Source of the DNA: Eubacteriales bacterium
Lineage (GTDB): Bacteria > Bacillota > Clostridia > Oscillospirales > CAG-272
Direction of reading: 5' to 3'
DNA: 64,000 nt
NCBI GenBank assembly: GCA_045632305.1
Contig: JAZQWL010000010.1
Coordinates: 3,399 to 67,398, forward strand
Of this stretch, positions 38,638 to 48,804 are shown in pieces (within the stretch, counting starts at the first letter, position 1; each line of letters starts with the position of its first letter). Made by a program: the position numbers and the translations under genes. The notes under the pieces were generated by a model. The model was not told the origin of the DNA. It did not search any database and saw only the letters and a program-made list of their open reading frames with translations.

Positions 38638-39926
38638 TGAAAACTTTAATTAAAAACGTACACTTAACCGAAAAATACGGATTTGGAAATAATACTGTAA
38701 ATATTCTCATCGACGGAGAGTTTATAAAATACGTGGGCATTGACTCGGATTTTGAGGGCGTTGAGCGTGTGATCGAGGGCAACGGAAATCTCGTTATTCC
38801 CGGATTTTACAACGCGCATTGCCATAGCTCCATGACGCTTTTCCGCGGATACGGAGACGATCTTCCGCTTGATACGTGGCTTAATACGAGAATTTTCCCC
38901 GCGGAAGAGAATCTTAACGGCGAGAGAACGTACTATGGCACAATGCTTGCGGTAGCGGAAATGCTTCGCGGAGGTATCGTATCGTTCTCCGATATGTATA
39001 TGTTTATGGACTCGGTTGCCGAGGCGGTAAACAAGACGGGAATCAAGGCAAATCTTGCTCGCTCCATTGTTTCCTTTGATAAGGACATTGAAATGAAGAA
39101 CGATTTCCGTACGCTTGAATCCATTGAATTTGCAAAGAAGTGGCACGGTGCGAACGGTGGCAGAATTATGGTGGATATGTCCCTCCACGCGGAATATACA
39201 AACGTAGAGAAGTGCGCAAGATACGTCGGTGAATACGCCAAGGAGCATGGACTCCGTATGCAGTTCCACCTCTCCGAAACAGAAAAGGAACACAGAGAAT
39301 GTATCGGCAGACACGGACTTACTCCTACTGAATTTTTCCTCAAGGCAGGCGTGCTTGACGTACCCTCAACCGCGGCTCACTGCGTATATCTTACGGAAAA
39401 CGATATGGATATTTTGGCAGAGAAGGGAACCTACGTGGCGCACAATCCCGTAAGTAACTTAAAGCTCGGAAGCGGTATTATGCCTTATTCTCTTATGAGA
39501 GCGCACGGAGTAAATATTGCGCTCGGCACTGACGGAGTTGCATCCAATAACCGTCTTGACATGATCCGCGAGCTTCAGTTTGCCGCTCTTATCCACAAGG
39601 GTAACGAAAGAAACGCGGCGGCTACAAACGCAAGAGATATTATCGATATTGCAACCGTGAACGGCGCGAAGTCCCAGGGACGTGACGATTGCGGTGAGAT
39701 CAAGGCGGGCTATCGCGCTGACCTCGTAATGATCGATATGAGCGCGTTCAATAATATCCCTGTATACAATTATGAATCCGCGCTTACTTACAGCGTAAAG
39801 ACCGAGGACGTTTGTCTTACGATGATCGACGGTGACATACTTTACCGTGACGGCGAATATACTACAATAGATAAGGAACGCCTTAAGTTCGAATTTGCGG
39901 ACGTGGTTTCCCACTACTTCGATTGA
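38637..39926 (+). CDS. mtaD: amidohydrolase, 5'-methylthioadenosine/S-adenosylhomocysteine deaminase-like
   Basis: PGFYNAHCHSSMTLFRGYGDDLPLDTWL, HLSET and GTDG metal-ligand motifs. Confidence 0.75.
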   Translation: MKTLIKNVHLTEKYGFGNNTVNILIDGEFIKYVGIDSDFEGVERVIEGNGNLVIPGFYNAHCHSSMTLFRGYGDDLPLDTWLNTRIFPAEENLNGERTYYGTMLAVAEMLRGGIVSFSDMYMFMDSVAEAVNKTGIKANLARSIVSFDKDIEMKNDFRTLESIEFAKKWHGANGGRIMVDMSLHAEYTNVEKCARYVGEYAKEHGLRMQFHLSETEKEHRECIGRHGLTPTEFFLKAGVLDVPSTAAHCVYLTENDMDILAEKGTYVAHNPVSNLKLGSGIMPYSLMRAHGVNIALGTDGVASNNRLDMIRELQFAALIHKGNERNAAATNARDIIDIATVNGAKSQGRDDCGEIKAGYRADLVMIDMSAFNNIPVYNYESALTYSVKTEDVCLTMIDGDILYRDGEYTTIDKERLKFEFADVVSHYFD

Positions 39927-39962
39927 TGCCGTCATAAAGCAGTCTGACGGCGGGAGGGTGCT

Positions 39963-41519
39963 TTGCCGAAGCTGTTGAATAATCGCGGTGTCAATACGTT
40001 CTTGTCGGGAGTGCTGAGTCTTAGCGCCTCGACGGTGATAGTTAAAATAATAGGACTTGTATATAAAATTCCCATGCTCGGCCTCGTTGGAGGCGAGGGC
40101 ATGGGATATTTCAATTCTGCGTATGAAATTTACGCGCTATTGTGTATTGTGTCTATCACGGGTCTGCCCGTCGCGATGTCGGTAATAATTTCGCGCGGGG
40201 AAAAAAGGGATGCTAACGGAGTGTTTTCTCTCGCTCTTTATCTGTTCAGCGCGATCGGTATATCCTTGGCGGTGCTTATGGCTATTACGTCGCGCGAGAT
40301 ATCCGTGTACCTGAAGAGCGAAAAGGCGCTCTATTGCATTCTGGCGATAGCTCCGTCGCTCGCCTTCGTGTGTATGGGAAGCGCCTATAAGGGTTATTTT
40401 CAGGGAATATCGGACATGAGGCCAATATGTGTGTCGGGTATCATTGAGGCGGCCTCAAAGCTTGTTTTCGGGCTTCTCATGGCGGGTATTGCAGTAAAGC
40501 TTGGTCTTCCGAATCATACCGTTGCCGCGTTCGGTGTTTTTTCCATAAGCATCGGAAGCTTGATAAGTCTTTTATATTTTGCGATCTATAAAAAGAAAAC
40601 CGATAAAGAGCTTTTTATGGGCGAAAAATTAAAATTCGGCAAGGATCAAAGGCGTAAGATTTTGCGCGAGCTTGTAAAGATATCCCTCCCCGCAACTCTG
40701 TCCGCGTTTCTTATAAGTCTTACGCGCGTGATCGATATGATAATGATCTTAAGACGGCTTCAGGATATCGGATACAGTAGCGCGGAAGCCAACACGATGT
40801 ACGGGAGCTTCACCGCTATGGCGATACCCATTTTTTCACTTGCCTCTGCGCTTGTGGCGTCGATAACCGTACCTCTTATTCCCGAGCTTTCAAGGTCGGC
40901 AGCTCTTGGGGATATTCGGGGGCAGGAGGAGAAAATTTCCTGCGCTATCAGCTTGAGTGCGTATATCAGCTGTCCTGCTATGATCGGTATTTCTCTTTTT
41001 TCGCGAGAGATATTGGAGCTTATATTCATAGGGCAGAGCGATGGGATCGCCATTACCTATCCGCTCCTTTCGTGCCTCGGCCTGTCCGTACTGTCGAGCG
41101 TGCTTATAACTTTGACAAATGCAATGCTTCAGGCGTACGGTCGGGCGGGCATGCCGATAATATCGATGTCGGCGGGCTGCACAGTCAAGATAATCCTCGG
41201 TTATTTTCTAATAGGGAATGAGGATATCAATATTTTAGGCGCGCCCGTAGGCACATTCTTTTGTGACCTTATAATTTGCATTTTGAATTTTATTTTTATT
41301 TCACACAGCTTTCGGGGAAAGATCAGCTTCAAAAAAACTCTGCTTCAACCTACTACGTGCGCCGCATTGGCGATATTACCCGTGTATTTTGTAGCGCGAG
41401 CGGTTGGAAATCGGATTTCGGGAAGCATCCTTACGATTGTATCGATCGGAGTCGCGGGGCTTCTGTATCTTATCCTTGCGGGCAGGAAAATACTGAAATT
41501 AAAAGACCTCGGAGGATAA
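39963..41519 (+). CDS. MOP-superfamily flippase (SpoVB/MurJ-like polysaccharide biosynthesis protein)
   Basis: 518 aa with about 14 TM helices. N-terminus resembles SpoVB-type proteins. TTG start. Confidence 0.65.
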   Translation: MPKLLNNRGVNTFLSGVLSLSASTVIVKIIGLVYKIPMLGLVGGEGMGYFNSAYEIYALLCIVSITGLPVAMSVIISRGEKRDANGVFSLALYLFSAIGISLAVLMAITSREISVYLKSEKALYCILAIAPSLAFVCMGSAYKGYFQGISDMRPICVSGIIEAASKLVFGLLMAGIAVKLGLPNHTVAAFGVFSISIGSLISLLYFAIYKKKTDKELFMGEKLKFGKDQRRKILRELVKISLPATLSAFLISLTRVIDMIMILRRLQDIGYSSAEANTMYGSFTAMAIPIFSLASALVASITVPLIPELSRSAALGDIRGQEEKISCAISLSAYISCPAMIGISLFSREILELIFIGQSDGIAITYPLLSCLGLSVLSSVLITLTNAMLQAYGRAGMPIISMSAGCTVKIILGYFLIGNEDINILGAPVGTFFCDLIICILNFIFISHSFRGKISFKKTLLQPTTCAALAILPVYFVARAVGNRISGSILTIVSIGVAGLLYLILAGRKILKLKDLGG

Positions 41520-41536
41520 CTCCGAGGTCTTTTCTA

Positions 41537-42448
41537 TTACGGTGCAACGAGCTTTCTTATCATATCTGTGATGACGAGATCACGGTGGATATAATAAATG
41601 TAGCTCATCGGCTTGCCCGCAGGATTGTCGATGTATTTGAGGTCTTCGGTTACGTTGGGCGCGTGAACGAACTTGGGCGCCATAACTCTGAAGTCCTTGT
41701 TGAAGATGAATGCCGCTGCGCAGGAGTCCCACATTGAACGCGACCAGGGTGTTCCCGCAAAGTGCTTTTCGGTATCCTGAATTGTATTTTGTACAAGATA
41801 ATCGCAGAGCTTGTTTTTACCGAGCAGCCAATGCTCAAGCTCGGGACGGGAAATACGCACGCCACTTGCAACTCCTCGGCAGGGAACCTGAATGAGGGGC
41901 ACGATAGCGTCAAAAACTACGTTTACGCCTACGATATCCTGGCTCATATTGAACTCGTTTGTATCGTGGAAGTCGCGTCCGTGACCGCCGAGCCATACGA
42001 TAACGATATTATTGCAAATCGAGGGATCAATAATTATCGCGGATGCGATATCGGTGATCGCCGCAATGCCCACTACGTAGAGAGGATTTTCGGGGGAGTA
42101 ATTTTTAGCTCGCGCGACAAGATCAAGCGCGGCGTCCGAAATGATCGGAACGTCCTTATGCTTAAGATATTCGGTTGAGCCGTGGAAAACGGGGACCTGT
42201 CTGTCCATGAGGTTGAGGAGCTTGTGTATCTCGTCATAGCTCTTGAGCATTCCGTCCTCGGGTCCTGTGGACTTATCGTTTGTAAACGGCGCGGCATAAA
42301 TTGCTTTTACCTCGCACTGAAGCGGGGATTTGAGCAAATACGCTATAGCAAACTGGTCATCTATTTCATTGTATGCATCCGTGTCGATAACGACGTCAAC
42401 CTTGCGGTCGGGAGCATATAGATTTTTCAATATTTGGGCGCTTGTCAT
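41537..42448 (-). CDS. nucleoside hydrolase (IUNH family)
   Basis: VVIDTDAYNEIDDQFAI aspartate cluster at the N-terminus. Confidence 0.8.
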   Translation of the reverse strand: MTSAQILKNLYAPDRKVDVVIDTDAYNEIDDQFAIAYLLKSPLQCEVKAIYAAPFTNDKSTGPEDGMLKSYDEIHKLLNLMDRQVPVFHGSTEYLKHKDVPIISDAALDLVARAKNYSPENPLYVVGIAAITDIASAIIIDPSICNNIVIVWLGGHGRDFHDTNEFNMSQDIVGVNVVFDAIVPLIQVPCRGVASGVRISRPELEHWLLGKNKLCDYLVQNTIQDTEKHFAGTPWSRSMWDSCAAAFIFNKDFRVMAPKFVHAPNVTEDLKYIDNPAGKPMSYIYYIHRDLVITDMIRKLVAP

Positions 42449-42486
42449 ATATTTTCTCCAATTATTGTGGGGGTGTGCGTGTGTTT

Positions 42487-42999
42487 TTAACCTTTTGCCT
42501 CTGCGGTTATTCTTTGGTATATAAATGCTTCAACTGAGTCGTAGGGAATATCGAAAACCGATGCAAATTCGCTGTAAAGACAGAATTTTGCGCGCTTTTC
42601 ATATTCCGCGTCGGTTTCGCTGAGTCGCTTCTTGCACTTAATAACCGTTTCGCGGCGTGTATGTACTGATTTTATGATACTCACGTAATTTTCAAGATTT
42701 CCCGATGAGAGGGCTTCCTTATATTTATCCCTGCGAGCGCGCTCGTATTCAACGGTAAGCTCGGGAATATAAGGTATCCTGTCTATTATGGCATACGCCT
42801 CGTCTTGACTTATAAGGTGTCTCATGATAACTCTGTCGTTGCACGTGGGTGTCATTATGATATTACTGGCGGATTCGTAAAGGGGTCGCAACAGATAGAA
42901 CGTTCTTGTGTCATTCTTATCCACAGGCGATTTGCAATATTCGGCAACGGTGTAAACGCCGCTGTTACCGTACACTATTAAATCTCCTATGTTAAACAT
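42487..42999 (-). CDS. CarD/CdnL/TRCF-domain transcription factor family protein
   Basis: N-terminal MFNIGDLIVYGNSGVYTV Tudor-like motif. 170 aa. Confidence 0.65.
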   Translation of the reverse strand: MFNIGDLIVYGNSGVYTVAEYCKSPVDKNDTRTFYLLRPLYESASNIIMTPTCNDRVIMRHLISQDEAYAIIDRIPYIPELTVEYERARRDKYKEALSSGNLENYVSIIKSVHTRRETVIKCKKRLSETDAEYEKRAKFCLYSEFASVFDIPYDSVEAFIYQRITAEAKG

Positions 43000-43217
43000 G
43001 CTGTTACCGTCCTTTCACAAATTGCCACAGGTGTCGAATTCAGATCATACATATTAATTATACCATAGATCGCATAAATATTAAAGTGTGATTTTGCACA
43101 AAAAAATAATAAATTTTTTGTTGAAATCTTTTAAATTTCGTAAGGATTTCTTGCATATTTTGATTGTACTCCGTCAATAATGTTTTTGCAATGCAAACAA
43201 TACAAAGGAGAAGAAAA

Positions 43218-43664
43218 ATGAGCGAAGAAAACACCAAGGAAGTATCGATGCTTGAGAACCTTTATAAGAACACTAAAATGGGCTCGGATTCCGCTATCAA
43301 GATACTCGATAAAGCAGACGGCAGGGAATTCAAGGGCGCAATAACCGAGCAGCTTAACGGCTACGAGCGTTTTTCCGAGAGGATCAGTAACCGCCTTCAC
43401 GAGCTTGGTTACAAGGAAAAGGAGGAGGGCATCATATCGAAAATGGGTGTGTCCATCGGCATGGCTATGAATACGATCATGGATTCGAGCGACAGTCACT
43501 TGGCACAGATGACGGTCGAGGGCTCGACTATGGGAATCACGGATACGCTGAAGATCTTGCGGGATTACGAAAACACGAACGTTTCCGAGTGCGCTATTAA
43601 AATTGCAAGGGACATCGTCAGCTTTGAGGAAAAGAACGTTGAGACTATGAAGGGCTTTATCTGA
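43218..43664 (+). CDS. hypothetical helical protein
   Basis: AAAGGAG RBS before ATG 43218. 148 aa. No family recognised. Confidence 0.5.
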   Translation: MSEENTKEVSMLENLYKNTKMGSDSAIKILDKADGREFKGAITEQLNGYERFSERISNRLHELGYKEKEEGIISKMGVSIGMAMNTIMDSSDSHLAQMTVEGSTMGITDTLKILRDYENTNVSECAIKIARDIVSFEEKNVETMKGFI

Positions 43665-43671
43665 ATCATAA

Positions 43672-43700
43672 AAAAGGATGAGCGTCGCTCATCCTTTTTT
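43672..43700. terminator. bidirectional intrinsic terminator
   Basis: AAAGGATGAGC/GCTCATCCTTT stem with flanking A- and T-runs, between convergent genes. Confidence 0.7.
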
Positions 43701-43702
43701 CT

Positions 43703-44137
43703 TTATTTTTCAAGATAATGTTTAAGGTAAAGGATCGCTTCTCTGTATCCGTCGATGCCAAGTCCCATAAAGGTTTTTACCGCTACAAGCGAAACGTAGG
43801 AGATCTGTCTGAAGCCCTCTCTTTTCGACACGTCGGAGATATGCACCTCGACGGTGGGAATGCCGACCGCCTTGAGCGCGTCGAGAATTGCGATCGAGGT
43901 ATGAGTGTATGCTGCGGGATTTATAACGATACCGTCAAAAATCTTGTATGCGTACTGAATTTTATCTACGATCGCACCTTCGTGGTTGGATTGATAGATC
44001 TCAAAATCAATATTATTCTCTGAGCAGGTCGCCTTTACGAGCTTGCACAGCTCGGAATAATTTTGTTTTCCGTAAAGCTCGGGCTCGCGTATGCCGAGCA
44101 TGTTGAGATTAGGGCCGTTAATAATTAAAAGGTTCAT
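43703..44137 (-). CDS. aroQ: type II 3-dehydroquinate dehydratase
   Basis: LLIINGPNLNMLGIREPE.YG and SNHEG motifs. Start at ATG 44137. Confidence 0.9.
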   Translation of the reverse strand: MNLLIINGPNLNMLGIREPELYGKQNYSELCKLVKATCSENNIDFEIYQSNHEGAIVDKIQYAYKIFDGIVINPAAYTHTSIAILDALKAVGIPTVEVHISDVSKREGFRQISYVSLVAVKTFMGLGIDGYREAILYLKHYLEK

Positions 44138-44147
44138 AACTTTCACC

Positions 44148-45227
44148 TCATCTGTCAAGTAGAATATCGTAGATCGCAATCGCTGCCGCCGCTTCAAATA
44201 CGGGGACTGCGCGCACTACAACGCAGGGATCGTGTCTGCCGCTTATTTTGAGCTTCACGTTTTCCATTTTGGAGAGCGAAACGCTGTTTTGCTCTTTTGC
44301 TATGGAGGGTGTGGGCTTCATTGCGGCGCGGAATATTACGGGCATACCGCTTGTCATACCGCCAAGTATTCCGCCGCAGTTGTTGGTCCTTGTGAAGATC
44401 GAACTGCCGTCGGTGTAGAATTCATCGTTGTTTTCCGATCCGCGCAGTGCGGCTGAGCCGAAGCCAAGACCGAATTCAATGCCCTTAACCGAGGGAATGC
44501 CGAATACAAATGATGAAATTCTGCCCTCAATTCCGTCGAAGATATGCTCGCCGTGACCGGGAGCAAGTCCCGTGATCGCGGTTTCAACAACGCCGCCGAC
44601 GGAATCACCGTCAAGGCGCGCTTCGTCGATGATCGCCTTTATTTTTTCGCCCGCTTCTTCCGATATGGTGGGGAATTCCTTTCCTGCGAGCGAGGTCATC
44701 TGTTCTTCGGGATCTATGGGATCGAAGCGCTTATCGGTAACGCTTCCGACAGAGCAGACGTGCGACGCTATTTTGATATTTTGTTCTTTTAAGATCTGCA
44801 AGCATATTCCGCCCGCAACGCACATAAGAGCGGTAAGTCTGCCCGAGAAATGCCCGCCGCCGCGAAGGTCGACGTTATCGCCGTATTTCATTTTTGCGGC
44901 ATAATCCGCGTGGGAGGGGCGGGGAATATCTGTCAGTGACGAGTAGTCGGACGAATGCTGATTTGTGTTGAAGATAGCGCATTCGATCCTATCTCCCGTT
45001 GTTACGCCGTTTTCGTCAAGTCCTGAGGAAAACACGGGGACGTCGGGCTCTTTTCTTTGCGTGGAGTATTTGTTCTGCCCGGGCGCTCTTCGTGACATGA
45101 AGGCGCAAAGCTCGTCGGTGTCGATCTTGTGATCTGCGGGAATACCGTCAAGAGTCATATAGATCTTTTCGTCGTGCGAGCCGCCGAAGATGCTCAGCTT
45201 GAGATTTTTTCCGTAGGTTGTAGACAT
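44148..45227 (-). CDS. aroC: chorismate synthase
   Basis: GGSHD..., RPSHADY and GRHDPC motifs. Confidence 0.9.
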   Translation of the reverse strand: MSTTYGKNLKLSIFGGSHDEKIYMTLDGIPADHKIDTDELCAFMSRRAPGQNKYSTQRKEPDVPVFSSGLDENGVTTGDRIECAIFNTNQHSSDYSSLTDIPRPSHADYAAKMKYGDNVDLRGGGHFSGRLTALMCVAGGICLQILKEQNIKIASHVCSVGSVTDKRFDPIDPEEQMTSLAGKEFPTISEEAGEKIKAIIDEARLDGDSVGGVVETAITGLAPGHGEHIFDGIEGRISSFVFGIPSVKGIEFGLGFGSAALRGSENNDEFYTDGSSIFTRTNNCGGILGGMTSGMPVIFRAAMKPTPSIAKEQNSVSLSKMENVKLKISGRHDPCVVVRAVPVFEAAAAIAIYDILLDR

Positions 45228-45230
45228 AAT

Positions 45231-46490
45231 TTAAACCTCTTTTGCGTGCGTTAATATATCGAAATCGTGTTTGAAATTAGGGTAGGATTTGTTTATAGCT
45301 TCAAATCCGCTTATAGTAACGGGATTTTCACAAACGGTTGATGCGATAGCACCGCTCATAGCGATTCTGTGATCGTTTGCGGAATCGATATTGCCGCCCA
45401 AAAGCGCGGGGACACCTATGATCTGCATTCCGTCGTCGGTGGGGGTAACGTTGCCACCCAAGGCGGAGATCATTTGGCACGTGCTGCGGATTCGGTCGCT
45501 CTCCTTGATCTTAAGTCGTGCTGCGTTGTAAATTACCGTTTTCCCGTCGGCTACCGATGCCACGGTTGCGATTATCGGCACAAGGTCGGGAATTTGAGAC
45601 GCGTCAAGCTCTATGGCATAAAGCTCGCCTCGGCAAACCGTAACGGAGTTGCCGCATTTCGAGATTTTTGCACCCATTTTCTCTAAAACGTCAAGGATCG
45701 CGCGGTCTCCCTGCGAGGAATTGAGATCGAGTCCCGTGACTGTTACGGGCATGTCACTCAAAGCCCCTGCGCACAGAAAGAACGCCGCGTTCGACCAGTC
45801 GCCTCCGACAACAGTTTCCTTAGGAGAGGCGAATCTTCCCTTGGAGCTTATTATAAATTTGTTATCTTCGCAAACGATATTTCCGCCAAAGAGGGAAATT
45901 GCGTCGAGCGTCATATCAATATAGTTTTTGGATTCGATTTTGCCTTCAAGCGTTAAGGTTGAATTTCCCTCAAGTATAGATAGGGCAAACAGAAGTCCGC
46001 TTATAAATTGAGAAGATACGTTTGCTGCTATTTTGTAGTCGCCACTTTTGAGCTTTCCACTGATGCAGAAAGGATTTTCACCCTGAGGCGACATCTGTAT
46101 TCCGTTATCCGAAAGAAGCTCGTAGAGAGGGGATAGCGGACGCTCGGGAAGGCGGCCGTGCATTGTGATTTTTGCGCTGACGCCCAATGCCGCGATTATT
46201 GGAATGAGAAATCTAAGTGTGGAGCCCGATTCACCGCAATCGAGTGCCGCGTTGCCACTGGGCGTTGAGATGGGCTCGACGAGAAAGCCATCAGTTGTTC
46301 TTTTTATATTCGCGCCAAGTGAATTGAGGCAAGAAACCGTAGCGTCTATATCGTTGTTTGTATCAGTACAGATTATTCTTGTAGAGGAGTCCGACAGAGC
46401 GGCGCAGATAAGCTGTCGATGCGCCTCGCTCTTGGAGGAGATCGCTCGAATCTCGCCCGAAAGAGAGGGCATATTGAAGGTAATATCCAT
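45231..46490 (-). CDS. aroA: 3-phosphoshikimate 1-carboxyvinyltransferase (EPSP synthase)
   Basis: SKSEAHR, GESGSTLRF and DHRIAMS motifs. Confidence 0.9.
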   Translation of the reverse strand: MDITFNMPSLSGEIRAISSKSEAHRQLICAALSDSSTRIICTDTNNDIDATVSCLNSLGANIKRTTDGFLVEPISTPSGNAALDCGESGSTLRFLIPIIAALGVSAKITMHGRLPERPLSPLYELLSDNGIQMSPQGENPFCISGKLKSGDYKIAANVSSQFISGLLFALSILEGNSTLTLEGKIESKNYIDMTLDAISLFGGNIVCEDNKFIISSKGRFASPKETVVGGDWSNAAFFLCAGALSDMPVTVTGLDLNSSQGDRAILDVLEKMGAKISKCGNSVTVCRGELYAIELDASQIPDLVPIIATVASVADGKTVIYNAARLKIKESDRIRSTCQMISALGGNVTPTDDGMQIIGVPALLGGNIDSANDHRIAMSGAIASTVCENPVTISGFEAINKSYPNFKHDFDILTHAKEV

Positions 46491-46492
46491 CT

Positions 46493-47539
46493 TTATACTC
46501 CCATCTCAAGAATTTTCGGAAGCTCGTTCATGCTGACACGGTAAAGCTTTGTGTCGCCTATCGAATAGGGAAGAACGAGATTTATGCCGCTTGATCCGAC
46601 CTTTTTGTCGGAGACCGCAACTCTGTAAATTTCATCGGGAGTGAAGGGGCATTCCGTCGGGAGATTGTAGAGCTTTAAGATGCTTTTGATCTCTTCAAGC
46701 TCTCCGCTAGAAAGGTAGCCCATTTTGTTTGAAATTTTACCGACGTAATACATGCCGATAGCTACGGCAGAGCCGTGAGAAATTTCAAAGCCCGAGTTCT
46801 GCTCGATCGTGTGAGCGATCGTGTGACCGAGATTTAATAGCTGTCGCATACCCGTGTCGCGTTCATCAATATTGACGATGTCGCGCTTGTTCTTGACGCA
46901 GTTTTCAATTATATCGTCGATGCAGTCAATGCCATCCTTGAGCTTATCAAATAAGGGGCGATCGTTTATGATTCCGTACTTAATAACCTCGGCGCATCCG
47001 TCCGCGAAAATGTCATCGGGGAGGGTATCAAGCGCCGTAGGATCGCAGAGCACGAGGGAGGGCTGATAGAACGCGCCCGCCAGGTTTTTACCCGCGTCGA
47101 GATTTATAGCGGTCTTGCCTCCAACCGAGGAGTCAACCATAGAGAGCAGAGTTGTGGGAATCTGTACAAATTCGATGCCGCGAAGGTAGCTTGAGGCAAC
47201 AAAGCCCGCAAGGTCGCCTACAACACCGCCGCCGAGAGCAACTATAATGTCGGTACGGGAGATCTTATGGTTTGCAAGGAAGTTGAGAATCGCAATGAAA
47301 TTTTCGGCACTCTTTGAGTCTTCGCCGTGCGGGATTACGTATTTTAAAACCTCGAAACTATTGTCGCATAAGGATTTTTCAACCTTTGCAGAGTAGAGCG
47401 CGTCTACCGTATCGTCGGTAATTATTACCGCGTTTTTGGATTTTGTAATCTCGCGAACGTATCTGCCGCAGGTATCTATTAAATTGTTTTCTATGAGAAT
47501 ATTGTAATTTCTTGTGGCGTTTACGTTTACAATTTTCAT
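46493..47539 (-). CDS. aroB: 3-dehydroquinate synthase
   Basis: LGGGVVGDLAGF, VQIPTTLL and LNLGHTIAH motifs. Confidence 0.9.
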   Translation of the reverse strand: MKIVNVNATRNYNILIENNLIDTCGRYVREITKSKNAVIITDDTVDALYSAKVEKSLCDNSFEVLKYVIPHGEDSKSAENFIAILNFLANHKISRTDIIVALGGGVVGDLAGFVASSYLRGIEFVQIPTTLLSMVDSSVGGKTAINLDAGKNLAGAFYQPSLVLCDPTALDTLPDDIFADGCAEVIKYGIINDRPLFDKLKDGIDCIDDIIENCVKNKRDIVNIDERDTGMRQLLNLGHTIAHTIEQNSGFEISHGSAVAIGMYYVGKISNKMGYLSSGELEEIKSILKLYNLPTECPFTPDEIYRVAVSDKKVGSSGINLVLPYSIGDTKLYRVSMNELPKILEMGV

Positions 47540-47541
47540 TT

Positions 47542-48786
47542 TTATCCTCTGATTAAAGTTATAATTTTTTCAACACAAGTGGTGATGTCGCTATCGTTTT
47601 CAACCACTATGTCGGCGAATTTTTCGTACAAGGGTAGGCGTTTTTCGTACATTTTTTGAAGATCGGCGCCTATCGAGAGCGGTCTTCCGTCGCGGGAGAG
47701 CTTATCTATATCTCGTTTTATAAATACGATAATTCCGTTCTGGTGAAGTGGCTCGTAATTGTCGGAAACCGTCACCGCGCCGCCGCCTGTGGAAATGATT
47801 TTTCCGCTTTGCTTTCCCGCATTTTTTATCTCGTTATGCTCAAGCGAGCGGAAAACACCCTCGCCAAAGGTCGAGAATATCTCGGGGATGGTCATTTTTG
47901 AATTTTTCACGATCTCCTCATCCGTGTCGATAACTTCTCGTTCAAGCGTCTGTGCAAGTGCTTGGGCAACGGTTGATTTGCCGCATCCGGGCATACCGAT
48001 AAGAACGATGTTGAGGGTTTTTTCTTCAATTATTTTCTTGATTCTGTCGATCTCTCGGTCGGGAATCTGCTCGCCTGTGAATATTTCCGAGGCGCGCTTT
48101 GCTTGTGCTACGAGCATTGTAAGTCCGCCGAACGCGGGAATGGAAAGTCTTTCCGCATCGAGGAGAAGCTTTGTTTTAGACGGGTTGAAGACAATGTCAA
48201 ATACGCCCTTGATATCTTTGAATTTTTCAAGATCAATTTTACATTCAAGGTTGTTCGGATACATGCCGACGGGGCTTGTGTTGATGATAATATCCGCGTC
48301 GCCGTGAAGGGAGTAAACGTTGTCGTAATTAACCTCGCCTTGACGGGAAACGCAAACGATACAACTTGCGCCGAGGAAATTGCAAACTGCTCGCGCGGTA
48401 AGAAATGAGCCGCCGCTGCCGAGAATAAGGACTTTTTTGCCCGAGAGGTCGATGTTGCTTGATTTTATAAGATAGGACAGTCCGTAGAAGTCGGTGTTGT
48501 CGCCTCTGAGCTTGCCTTCCTTTGTGTGAGTAATGCAGTTGACACAACCGATGGCGCGCGCCTCGTCGGAAATTTCGTCGAGGTATTCCATAACGGCAAC
48601 CTTGTACGGAATCGTTACGTTGGCGCTTGTGTATTTATCGGATTTTATAAATGATTCCAGGTCCTCTCGCTTGATTTCCGCTAAAGAATACGGGTAGTCC
48701 GCAAGATGGGAATGTATCATGGGGGAAAAGCTATGAGAGAGCTTTTCGCCTATAAGTACACAGTTTTGATTTTTCGCCTTTACCAT
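47542..48786 (-). CDS. aroE/aroK: fused shikimate dehydrogenase (N-terminal) / shikimate kinase (C-terminal)
   Basis: AroE part has GEKLSHSFSP, NVTIPYK and GSGG. AroK part has Walker A IGMPGCGKST. Single 414-aa ORF. Confidence 0.85.
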   Translation of the reverse strand: MVKAKNQNCVLIGEKLSHSFSPMIHSHLADYPYSLAEIKREDLESFIKSDKYTSANVTIPYKVAVMEYLDEISDEARAIGCVNCITHTKEGKLRGDNTDFYGLSYLIKSSNIDLSGKKVLILGSGGSFLTARAVCNFLGASCIVCVSRQGEVNYDNVYSLHGDADIIINTSPVGMYPNNLECKIDLEKFKDIKGVFDIVFNPSKTKLLLDAERLSIPAFGGLTMLVAQAKRASEIFTGEQIPDREIDRIKKIIEEKTLNIVLIGMPGCGKSTVAQALAQTLEREVIDTDEEIVKNSKMTIPEIFSTFGEGVFRSLEHNEIKNAGKQSGKIISTGGGAVTVSDNYEPLHQNGIIVFIKRDIDKLSRDGRPLSIGADLQKMYEKRLPLYEKFADIVVENDSDITTCVEKIITLIRG

Positions 48787-48804
48787 AGCTTCCTCCGTTT
48801 TAGT